The notes beneath the pieces were generated by a model. The model was given only the letters and a program-made list of their open reading frames with translations, was not told the DNA's origin and did no database searches. 64,000 nucleotides of DNA from Candidatus Velthaea sp. GTDB taxonomy: Bacteria > Vulcanimicrobiota > Vulcanimicrobiia > Vulcanimicrobiales > Vulcanimicrobiaceae. How positions within the stretch are numbered: position 1 is the stretch's first letter; each line of letters opens with the position of its first letter. The stretch spans positions 256,001-320,000 of the forward strand of contig CBDCCS010000022.1 in the NCBI GenBank assembly GCA_965214935.1. The letters run 5' to 3'. This document shows, piece after piece, positions 47,145-58,746 of the stretch. Both the position numbers and the translations under genes were made by a program.

Positions 47145-48462
47145 TTCGCTTTTTCCGATCGCCTCGAATCGACGGCAATGACGGCACCGGGCCGGCTGAG
47201 ATATTTCTCAACGGTCGCGGCAACGAATGCCGGCGTCAACGCGCCGGCCGCGGTAAAGTAGCGACCCGTAGCGCCGCCCGCACCTGGAGCATAGCTGGGA
47301 TTGCCTTCTACGGTATACCACCCGAGCGTATCCGCCAAGCCGCCCGGCGTCTGGATATCGCTCAAAATGTGGTAACGGAATGCATCGCGAGCCGCATTGA
47401 AGGTCGCCCGGTCGAGCGGTTTACGAGCCCCGGCAAGCGCATCGTCCACCATACGCCGCGACGCCGATACGTCGCCACCGGAAATTGTAACGAGCACGAC
47501 GCCCGGATCGTGATAGGTGACGAACTTGCCGCTGATGGTCGATTTTGTTGCAGCAACCGCACGCTGCACGGTTCCGGTGTCGGCGCGAAAAAGATAATCG
47601 GTGATGAAGTCGAGCGCCGTCGCCTCGCGCTCGTTGCTAATCGCAGGACCGGCCCAGCCTAAGCCTTGGCCGGGCTCGGCACCCGATGTCATGACCGGTG
47701 CCGGCTGGACAGCTTCGCGCGTACTTAGCGGCGGTTCGGAACGTGGTGCGGCGTCGGTCCGGCCGGGCACAGCCGTTGCCACGATCCCGGCATCGACGGC
47801 GCCGGTTACGACGAGCACGGCGTTCGCCGGCCGAAACGCACGCTGCGCAAAGTCTTTCACTTGCGCGAGCGTTATCTTCGCAACGTCGCTCGACTCACCG
47901 AGCGTCGGATACCGCGCCGGACCGTCGTGCAGCAACGATGCGATCAACGCATCATCGATCGACTCCTCGGCATTGAATTGACGGTAGAATGCAACTTCCG
48001 CGACGTCGCGCTGAGCGACCTTGAGGCCTTCGGCCGTAACGACCGGAGCGAAAAACGATACCGTCATTGCATGCACGACATCAGCGGCATTCTCGGCCGG
48101 TACGAGCGTCGAGATCGCGACGCTATCGGGATACGTACTAATTGCGATCTTGCCGCCTAATTCGGCGATATACCGGCCCAGGGGCGTACCGGTGATCGGC
48201 GCCGACCCGGCAACCGTTGCGGCTGCCAAGTGGCCCAAACTAGGCACGCCGGCGGCCTCGAAGCCGCTTGAAGGCGCCCGGTACCAGAGTGCGATTGCCG
48301 CAACGGGCGCTGCATCGGTGTGGCTGACGACGTATTGTCCGCCGCCGGGCAGCATACCGTTGCTGATATTACTCGCCGGCGGCGGCGCTGCTGCACCGGC
48401 CGCGCAGTGACCGGAGAAGACGAAGGCCGCGGCAAGCGCGACCTTCGAGACGAAACGACCGG

Positions 48463-48466
<4 letters not shown>
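47141..48466 (-). CDS. Secreted M16 peptidase-like protein, HxxEH lost
   Basis: LPGG...PVAAIALWY, LGHLAAATV, ITLAQVKDFAQRAFRPANAVLVVTG; GTGA overlap with the ftsH stop. Confidence 0.75.
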
Positions 48467-50379
<1,913 letters not shown>

Positions 50380-50499
50380 GTACTGTAGTCGTGGCTCCCT
50401 ACGCCGGCCCGATACGAGGACGAATCCCCCGACCGGTTACCATCAACACGTTAGAACGTTTCTCCTCGAAACACGTTTCGCCGCTCGAGCGTTCCGCTT

Positions 50500-51072
50500 C
50501 TACCGCGCAACGGCTTCGAGCGGGGTGAAGATCTCCGAACGGAGCTTCGCCACGTAGGGAAGAGTCCGATAGCGTTCCTGATAGTCGAGTCCGTACCCTA
50601 CGACGAACTCGTCCGGACACGTCATTCCAACGTACTGTACGGGCACATCGATCTGCCGATTGTAAGGTTTATCTAACAGAACCGCGGCGCGTAGCGAAGC
50701 CGGCGCACGGCCGGCCAGTAGCGTCATAAGGTATTTGAGCGTCAAGCCGTTGTCGACAATATCCTCGACGATTAGTACGTGTTTACCCTCGATACTGTGA
50801 CTGGTGTCCTGCACGAGCCGGACTTCACCCGAGCTGCGATGCGCGTTGCCGTAACTCGAGACGGCCAAAAAATCCAGCCGCACTTCGGTTCCGCTCGTAA
50901 CGACGCCGTCCAATGCACGCGCCAAGTCGGCCGTCACGAACAACGCCCCCTTGAGTACGCCGAGCAGCACCACGCTCTTTCCGGCGTAGTCGGCAGCGAT
51001 CTCCGTGGCCATGCGGCGTATCGTGCCGGCGATATATTCAGGCGTAAAAATCACCGACTCAATGTCGTTCAT
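50500..51072 (-). CDS. hpt: Hypoxanthine phosphoribosyltransferase
   Basis: VLKGA, VSSYG, LIVEDIVDNGLT, FVVGYGLD; ATG 51072 with GGAG upstream. Confidence 0.95.
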   Translation of the reverse strand: MNDIESVIFTPEYIAGTIRRMATEIAADYAGKSVVLLGVLKGALFVTADLARALDGVVTSGTEVRLDFLAVSSYGNAHRSSGEVRLVQDTSHSIEGKHVLIVEDIVDNGLTLKYLMTLLAGRAPASLRAAVLLDKPYNRQIDVPVQYVGMTCPDEFVVGYGLDYQERYRTLPYVAKLRSEIFTPLEAVAR

Positions 51073-51931
51073 GCAACTCTCCGGCTTGCAGTTCGAGGCC
51101 TCGTTTGACGAACACGCGGCGCTGCGGCCGCGCATCGAGGACCGCTTCAATGCGCTCGAACGGAATATCATGCAATTCGCCGCGCCCATCGAGCAGTTGA
51201 CGCAGGCGACGGCGCGCGGCAACCCGCTCGCCGCCGGCCAGTTCGGCCCGAACGATGTCGGCGCACCGGGCCACGGAGCGGTCGAGTTGCGGAAACTCCG
51301 GCCGTAGAGCCGCCAATGCCGCCCGGACGGCGTTGCGCCGGTAGCGCCGATCGGCGTTGGACGGGTCGAGTGCGTATGGCAACGCGCTACGCCGCAGCTC
51401 GGCAAGCAAATCGGCGTGCGTCGCCCGCAGCAACGGGCGTGCCAGCCGCACTCCGCCGCCCGGCAGCGTGCGCAACGGCGCCATCCCGGTCAAGCCGGCA
51501 ACGCCGGTGCCGCGAAAGAGCGCGAGCAAAACGGTCTCCGTTTGATCTTGGGCGGTATGGGCGGTCGCCAGCGTGTGCGCTCCGGCGGCAGTTGCAATTT
51601 GCTCGAGCGCCGCATAGCGCGCGGCACGCAGGGTGGCTTCATCGGCGGCACCCGGCACCGGTGCGGCGATTTCGACCCGGCGGCCGAGTCGCGCCGCGAC
51701 TGCGAGCACCACGCATTCGTCCTGACCGGACGACGCGCGAATTCCATGGTTGACGTGCGCGAGGATCAGCTCGAAGCCGTCGCTGCGTGCAAGCCGGTCC
51801 AAAACGCAAGCCAGCGCCACCGAATCCGGTCCGCCGCTGCATGCCGATACGAGGCGCTCGCCGGGCCCGGGCAACACACCGGAGCGCCGCACGAGCGCGT
51901 CCAGCGCGCGTTCGGGTCTAGCGCCGCGCAA
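51059..51931 (-). CDS. tilS: tRNA(Ile)-lysidine synthetase, short form
   Basis: SGGPDS, HVNHG, ARY, TAHTAQDQTET, RPLL, DPSN...RNAVR. Confidence 0.92.
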   Translation of the reverse strand: MRGARPERALDALVRRSGVLPGPGERLVSACSGGPDSVALACVLDRLARSDGFELILAHVNHGIRASSGQDECVVLAVAARLGRRVEIAAPVPGAADEATLRAARYAALEQIATAAGAHTLATAHTAQDQTETVLLALFRGTGVAGLTGMAPLRTLPGGGVRLARPLLRATHADLLAELRRSALPYALDPSNADRRYRRNAVRAALAALRPEFPQLDRSVARCADIVRAELAGGERVAARRRLRQLLDGRGELHDIPFERIEAVLDARPQRRVFVKRGLELQAGELHERH

Positions 51932-52434
51932 CGCGCTCGAGTTCGCGCTTGACGTCGCGCTCCGCTTCGGTCCGCCGCTTATCCCACGTTTTCTTACCGC
52001 GGGCCAATCCGATAAGAATCTTAACGACGCCCGGTTTGAGACCGGGCGTACCGGGGCTCGGTGAAAAACATCCGTAGCGGAATGAGCGTCAGGCCTTTTT
52101 CGGAAAGCCGCGCTGCAAAACTTTCGATCTGCGCGCGATGCATGAGCAGCTTGCGCGGCCGGCCCGGCTCGTGGTTCGAGAAGCTGCCCTCTTTGTACGT
52201 CGGGATGGTCATCGAGATGAGCCAGGCCTCACCCTCGCGGATTCGCACGTAGGCTTCGTTGATCGAGGCGCCGCCGCCGGTTCGCAACGATTTGATCTCC
52301 GTGCCGGCAAGCGCGATTCCGGCAACGACGGTTTCCGCAATCTCGTACTCGTAGCGCGCGCGCCGATTTTCGAGAATCGGCGAGCGAACCGGAGCCTCGC
52401 GAGCCGCGACTCGGGCCGCCTTCATCTTTGCCAT
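51918..52434 (-). CDS. smpB: SsrA-binding protein; one apparent extra base near 52052-52056
   Basis: ENRRARYEY, GIALAGTEIKSLR, RKLLMH; the shifted frame continues VVKILIGLARGKKTWDKR...RELERVARR*. Confidence 0.93.
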
Positions 52435-52440
52435 CGCGGA

Positions 52441-52902
52441 TTAAACCATTTCGCTCGTAACGGAGTTGCCGCGCCGGTTCGGGTCGAGCGGACCCGTACT
52501 GACGAATGAGCCCTCGGCGGTCGCTAAGGTCGCGCCCGCCGCATCGCTTATGACGCCCGACACTTTGACGATGCTACCGCGCTTCGACACCACCCGGCCG
52601 GCGAGCGAGAGCGGGACGCCCAGTGGTACCGGCGCGCGGAATCGCACGGCGACGGCAGCCGTGACGACCTTCTCGCCGGCGGCGGCCCCCGCGTGAGCCA
52701 TCACTTCGTCGAGCAGCAACATGACCATACCGCCATGTGCGATGCCGCGATAGCCTTGATATTTCGCATCGAGCGTGACCTGAGCTGACGCCGTTCCGTC
52801 GGCCAAGCGCGTGAAAACCAGCGCAAGTCCGTCGGCATTGCGCGAGCCACAGGCGAAACACGCGTCATCGTCGACCGGAAGCACGGCGTCGGGCGATTGC
52901 AT
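52441..52902 (-). CDS. PaaI-family (hot-dog fold) thioesterase
   Basis: CFACG..N..GL, QGYRGIAHGG...LLDE. Confidence 0.9.
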   Translation of the reverse strand: MQSPDAVLPVDDDACFACGSRNADGLALVFTRLADGTASAQVTLDAKYQGYRGIAHGGMVMLLLDEVMAHAGAAAGEKVVTAAVAVRFRAPVPLGVPLSLAGRVVSKRGSIVKVSGVISDAAGATLATAEGSFVSTGPLDPNRRGNSVTSEMV

Positions 52903-53868
52903 CAGCGGCGCACGGGCGGCGGCGTCGGATGCGCCGCGTCGTAATCACCGCGGTCGAGTTTGCGCAACAGCGTTTGAGCGAAAAGCGCGTCGCTATCGGC
53001 CGCGATCGAGGCTTTGAGTACGCGCCGCGCGTCCGCCGTCCGCTTCTGTCCCAAAAAGATGCGCGCGAGCAGCGTGTAACCGTGCTGACCCGCCTCACCG
53101 ACATGTCCGGGGTCGGCGTCAAGACCGCGGTCGGCATAGGTGATCGCCGCGTCGGGCTCGTTGAGATCGTCGAACAACGACGCAATGTGGTAATCGATAT
53201 CGGCGTATTCCGGCAGCACGTTCGGAATGTCGATGACGTAGGCAAGCGCGCGTTGCGGATCTTTGAGATCGGCTTGATAAATTAGGGCGAGATACTCGCG
53301 CGCCAGCACGTTGTTTGCATCGCTTTGCAGAGCAGTGAGAAATTCGACCTTGGCGCGATTCTTGCTGCGCTCGTTCTCACGCATGATCCCTAAGCCGACA
53401 TGCGCGGCGGGCGCCTGCGGGACGAGCGTCAGCGCCGCGTCGAGTTCTTCGCGCGCGTCGGTCTCGCGCTCGCGCCCGATTTGCGTTGCAAACAGGTACG
53501 AAAAACCTAGCCGGACGTGCGCGATGTAATCACGCGGATGAACCGCGACGGCTTCTTCTTCGGCATCGACAAGCGCGTCGAACGCGGCCGGCGTTGCAAC
53601 GCTGTCGAATTGAGGAACGCGAGTGCCAAGGTGTTATCCGGAACGACGCGCAACGCGCGCTCGAAGCCGCTCCGAGCGGCGGGGAAATCACGCTTGAAAA
53701 ATGCCCGCAAGCCCCCGCGCAGCGCCAGGCTGAACGCAGCGTTTGCAAAATCGTCGCGCGCGTGCGTTGCGGCGTTCGACGCGCCGCCGCCGGCCGGCCG
53801 ATCGACACCGCAAGCGCGATAGTCAGCGCAATCGTCCCGATGCTCGTTGTCCGGCGCCTTGCTCGCAC
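52902..53868 (-). CDS. Secreted TPR-repeat protein; at least two apparent frameshifts (about 53780 and 53590)
   Basis: Signal peptide frame from GTG 53868, then ...AARSGFERALRVVPDNTLA..., then ...YIAHVRLGFSYLF...AAHVGLG joining ORF 52902-53384. Confidence 0.75.
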
Positions 53869-53879
53869 GAGCGCCGAAG

Positions 53880-54605
53880 TCAGCGGCCGACGACGAGCCG
53901 GCGCGCGAGTGCTTCGGGCAAATGTGCCGAGGCAATCTTTCTTGTACGCGCGCGATCGGATATGCGAACCGCGAGATCGTGAGCGTTGCGGCGGCCGGCT
54001 CGTAAAACGCCATTGACGCCTGCGGATTTAAGTCGCGCGGCTGCCCGACACTTCCGACGTTAACGATATAGCGCGTACCGGCATCGAGCGTAAAGGTACC
54101 GCCTTGCTGCCAGTGCTTGTGCTCGAGGGACCCGTCGGGCCGCAGTGCATACGATTCGGCGATGTGTGTATGGCCGATAAAAATAAGCGGAGCATCGGTG
54201 GCCGCAAAGGCTCGCGCCGCGGCTGCCTTGTCGAGCACGTATTCAAAGTAGGTAACGGGCGCACCGTGCACGAGCAAAAAGTCGGGCGTGCGAAACTCGT
54301 AGCCCAGCGAATTGAGCCAGGTAATGTTTTTCAGGCGTTAAAACGGTCTGCGTCCAGCGCATTGCTTCGCGCGCGGTCGGATTGAAATACGACAGACCGA
54401 AACTATCGATCGCGGCGACATCATGATTACCGAGAACGGTCGCGGTTGCACGCGCGCGAATCATTTCGACACACTCGTTGGGGTTCGGACCGTAGCCGAC
54501 CATGTCGCCCAGACACAACAATCCATCGGTCGACGCGATTAAATCAAATGCGCCTTGCAACGCTTCGAGATTGCCGTGAACGTCCGATACGATCGCGTAT
54601 CTCAC
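53880..54605 (-). CDS. Calcineurin-like metallophosphoesterase; apparent +1 (about 54330) and -1 (about 53940) indels
   Basis: SDVHGN, LGDMVGYG, GNHD, VHGAP, GHTH, NVGSVGQPRD; true end KIASAHLPEALARRLVVGR*. Confidence 0.88.
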
Positions 54606-55720
54606 ACGGCCGCCTTCTCGCGCATTACGTCGAGAGCCTCGGCGAACTCACGGTCGAAGATCGCGCGTTCGCCGGGCGTGCCGACGGTTACCCGGATGAA
54701 TCCGTCGAGCGGCGGCGCATACGGTTTACGGACGAAAACGCCGCGCGCGAGCAACGCCGCCAGCAGCGCTTCGGCCTGCTGCCGGGTACCGATCTCAAAG
54801 CACACGAAATTGGTGGCCGATGTGAGGGTCCGGCATCCCAGGCGACGACCGATCCGAGCGTAATCGTCGCGTCCGCGTTCGACTTCGCCGACGACGCCGG
54901 CAACAAACGCCGGATCTTGCAGCGCCGCCAGCGCGCCGATCTGTGCCGTCCGGTTGACGCCGAAATGTTGCCGGATGCGCTGAAAGACGGCAATCGCGGC
55001 CGTACCGGCGATCGCATAGCCGACCCGCGCGCCGGCTAAACCATACGCTTTGGAGAACGTGCGCAAGCGAATCGTTCGAGCATCGACGGCGGCGGGCGGC
55101 AGGCGGCCCGGATCGACGAAATCGGCATAGGCTTCATCGATGACGAGCAGCACGCCGTCGGCCAACCCCGCCCGTAACCGCGCAAGGTCAGCGGCTTCAA
55201 CGAACGCGCCGCTGGGATTGTCGGGATTTGCGACGTAGACGATTTTCGGCGCGGCATGCTGCGCGACTGCAAGCAGCGCGTCGATGTCGATCCGTCCGTC
55301 AATCGCGGGTGCGGCAAGCGCCTCGACCGCTCCGTACGCCGCAACGTGGTAGGCCCACGTCGCATAGGTGCCGCGCGTCGACACGGCAACATTGCCCGGC
55401 GCGCAGTAGGTGCGAACGATGAGCGACATCAGATCGTCGATGCCCGAGCCGACGACGATATTCTCGACGCCACACGCATGTCGCTGCGCCAAGGCCGAGC
55501 GTAATTCGATCGACTCGGGATCGCCGTACAACGACGCATGGGCGACTGCTTCGCGCATCGCTTCGATCGCTTTGGGCGACGGTCCGAACGCGCTTTCATT
55601 TGCGCCCAGACGAACGAGCGAGTTGCGGCCGACTCGCCGCGCCAGTTCTTCGGGCGCAACAAAGGGAGTCGTCGGCGGAACGGCCGCAATTTGCGCGGCG
55701 GGCTGTGGAAACGTGGACAT
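54602..55720 (-). CDS. HisC-like PLP-dependent aminotransferase (class I/II)
   Basis: LGANES.FGPSP, NPDNPSG, DEAY, RTFSKAYGLAGARVGY. Confidence 0.9.
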   Translation of the reverse strand: MSTFPQPAAQIAAVPPTTPFVAPEELARRVGRNSLVRLGANESAFGPSPKAIEAMREAVAHASLYGDPESIELRSALAQRHACGVENIVVGSGIDDLMSLIVRTYCAPGNVAVSTRGTYATWAYHVAAYGAVEALAAPAIDGRIDIDALLAVAQHAAPKIVYVANPDNPSGAFVEAADLARLRAGLADGVLLVIDEAYADFVDPGRLPPAAVDARTIRLRTFSKAYGLAGARVGYAIAGTAAIAVFQRIRQHFGVNRTAQIGALAALQDPAFVAGVVGEVERGRDDYARIGRRLGCRTLTSATNFVCFEIGTRQQAEALLAALLARGVFVRKPYAPPLDGFIRVTVGTPGERAIFDREFAEALDVMREKAAV

Positions 55721-55761
55721 CGCTTCTACCTGACCGCAGCGCGAGCGACGGCGTTGCGCAT

Positions 55762-56091
55762 CTACCGGCCGGCTCGCGTGACGCCGTTGACCGAACTTAC
55801 GCCGCGCATGCCGCGCACGATCTCGATGTCGCGCGCTACCGCCCCGGCGTCGTGCGTGCCGCCGCTGAGGGTGACGGCGCCGGAATGAACGCTGACGCTG
55901 ATACGCGATGCCGAATCGATGTCGGCCCCCGCGAGTTTGGCTTTGATTGCGGCGTAAAGGAGTCCATCGCGGAACGTGCCGGCCGGCGCGCCGCCGGGAG
56001 CGTCGGTGCTGCTGCTCGCAGCGGTACCGCCGTCCGGCCCGCAAGCGCTGAGCGCAGTAAGCAGAACGGCGGTAACAATGCGGGCCCTCAC
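55762..56091 (-). CDS. BON-domain lipoprotein
   Basis: Lipobox LSAC; IKAKL...ISVSVHSGAVTLSG...GVSSV; GTGA overlap with the moeA stop; 3' end uncertain. Confidence 0.8.
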   Translation of the reverse strand: MRARIVTAVLLTALSACGPDGGTAASSSTDAPGGAPAGTFRDGLLYAAIKAKLAGADIDSASRISVSVHSGAVTLSGGTHDAGAVARDIEIVRGMRGVSSVNGVTRAGR

Positions 56092-57349
56092 AGCCGGCCG
56101 CCCGAACTGAAGCGCACGACATCGAGCATCTCGCCGGCGTCGACCTGCGACCGCTCGGCGCTCAAGACGACGTAGCCGGAGGCCCGCGCGAGTAAGCTCG
56201 TGTGCGCCGAACGTAGCGGTAGCGGGAATGCCTCCTCGCCGATCTCGCCGGCGCGCAATTCCGCCGGCACGAACCACGTCCAGCCGGGCCGGCCCGAGAA
56301 AGGGGCACCTGCTCGCGCGCGAACGGCGGGCGTACTGCGTACGGGCGTCTGGCCCGTCATGCGCCGCACGATCGGCGCACATACGGCTTCGAGGATCATC
56401 AGCGCCGACGCCGGATTGCCCGGTAATCCGATGACGGCTGCGAGCCGACGGCGGCGAGCACCGTCGGTTTTCCCGGTTTGACGCGCAAGCCGTGCACCAC
56501 GACGCCCGGCCCCGGGAAAGCGGCGATGGCATCCGGCGTCAGATCGCGCGCGCCGACGGAGGAACCGCCGGTCAACACGACGCCGTCGGCCTGAGCCAGA
56601 CCCATGCCGAGCGCGGCTTGCAGCGCTTCGAGGTCGTCGGATGCATTCGGCAATTGCACCACATCGGCACCCATCGCCGCCAATGCACCGGCGATCGCCC
56701 AGCGATTCGAATCGCGAACTTGGCCCGGCAGCGGCACGTCCGCCGCAGCGACGAGCTCGTCACCCGTTGAGATAACGGCAAATCGCGGGCGGCGATAGAC
56801 CGCGACGGTTATGAGTCCGAGCGTTGCCAGGACGCCCATCTCCGGACCGCCGATCCGGCGGCCCGCGCCGAGCGCAACATCGCCGGGCAGCATGTCCGCG
56901 CCGGCAGCCGTAATGTAGTCGTTCGATCCCGGATCAACCTGAACGTACACCAGTCCGCCATCCGTTACGGCGTCCTCGATGGGAATCACGGCATCCGCGC
57001 CGTCGGGCAAGGTGCCACCGGTCGGAATCAGCATCGCTTCACGGCAACCGAGCACCGCAGATGGTGCGTGACCCATGCGAATTTCGCCGGCGATCCGGCG
57101 CGCTTCGCGGCCATCTTGCGAACGGACCGCAAAGCCGTCCATCGTCGAACGCGCTCGCGGCGGAAAACTTTCGGCAGCAACCGCGTCGACGGCGAGAACG
57201 CGGCCGAATGCGGCGGCCAAACCGACCGCTTCGGTTTGCGGTGTTTGCAAGGCGACGGCGCGCTCGAAGGCGGCCAGAGCTTCGCGCGGCGCGAGCAGGC
57301 GATCGGGATCGAACGTCGCGCCCGGTAGGAGCGCTTGGGTACTGCGCAT
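56088..57349 (-). CDS. moeA: Molybdopterin molybdotransferase; one apparent frameshift near 56435
   Basis: STMDGFAV, PTGG.LPDGADAV, STGDEL, RDSN, TGGSSVG, KPGKP, then shifted VIGLPGNP. Confidence 0.93.
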
Positions 57350-57369
57350 AACGCGCCGCTTCGCTACCG

Positions 57370-58661
57370 ATGCTTGATATTGCCTTGATTCGTCGCGATC
57401 CCGAACGCGTTCGCGCGTCTGCGCGACGCCGGGGACAAGATGCGGCATTTGTCGATCGCGTACTCGAACTCGACATCGACCGGCGCCGTGCACTCACGTC
57501 GGTCGAAGCGTTAAAGGCCGAAAAAAACGGGATGACGGCCGCGATCTCCAAAGCGGCCGATCGTGCAGCGGCAGCGCAAGAGTTGCGGCCGGCGCTTGCC
57601 GCGATCGACGCGCGTCTCGCTCAAGGCCGGGATGGAACCGGCCGCCATCGGGGCCCGGATCGACACGTTGCTGGCCGACGTCCCGAACGTCCTTGATGCC
57701 AGCGTTCCGGCCGGCGCAGCAAGCGACGATAACGTGGAGGTCCGCGTCTGGGGCGAGCCGCGCGCGTTTGATTTCGTGCCCAAGACGCACTGGGAGCTAG
57801 GTGATGCACTCGGCATAATCGATCTCGAACGGCGCCGCAAAGTTGTCCGGTTCGCGCTTCTCGATTCTCAAGGGTGCCGGCGTTCGGTTACAGCGCGGCC
57901 TGGCGTGCTTTTTCCTCGATCGCGCCGCGCGCAACGGATACACCGAGCTCGCGGTGCCGTACCTTGTCTCGCGCTCGACGATGTGGTCGACGGGACAGCT
58001 CTCGAAATTCGCCGATGCGATGTTCAACGATCCGAGCGCCGATCTGTTCATGATTCCGACTGCCGAAGTGCCGCTAACGGCGTATCACAAAGACGAGATT
58101 CTACCCGGCGACACGTTGCCGCTGCGGTACTGCGCGCATACACCATGCTTTCGCAAAGAAGCCGGCGCAGCCGGTAAAGACACGCGCGGTCTTATTCGCC
58201 AGCATCAATTCGAGAAAGTCGAACTCGTCTGGCTGACGGCTCCCGAGCGTTCGTTTGACGATCTCGATCGCTTGACGGACCACGCCGAAGGGCTGTTGCG
58301 CGAACTCGGCTTGGCGCATCGCACGATGCTGCTGTGCAGCGGCGACGTCGGCTATAATGCGGCCAAGACATTCGATCTTGAAGTGTGGCTGCCCAGCGAC
58401 GGCGGCGGCTATCGTGAAATAAGTTCTTGCTCCAACTGCACCGACTTCCAAGCGCGCCGCTCGAACATGCGCTTTCGGCGCGAACCAAAAGGTAAACCGG
58501 AGTACGTGCATACGCTCAATGGATCGGGACTTGCCGTCGGACGAACGCTGCTCGCGGTGCTCGAAAACTACCAACGCGCGGACGGCGGTATCGATATTCC
58601 GCCGGTGCTCGTCCCGTTTACCGGATTCGCTCAAATCGGCCCCGACGGCCGAACCGGCTAA
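57370..58661 (+). CDS. serS: Serine--tRNA ligase; two apparent +1 indels (about 57625 and 57831)
   Basis: MLDI..IR, VPN...VP.G...[48 protein letters not shown]. Confidence 0.96.
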
Positions 58662-58746
58662 CGACGCTCGCTTGGAATTCGGAACGGTTGCCATCGGCGA
58701 ACAATCTGCGCGCGCAATCGCTTACCGTCGCTTATGAAAGCTGTAT

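Noticed and set aside
51918..58661. Programmed frameshifting or pseudogenes in smpB, moeA, serS and neighbours
   Set aside because: Indels are clustered, mostly in short base runs, lack slippery-site or stimulator features and hit core genes; assembly error is more likely
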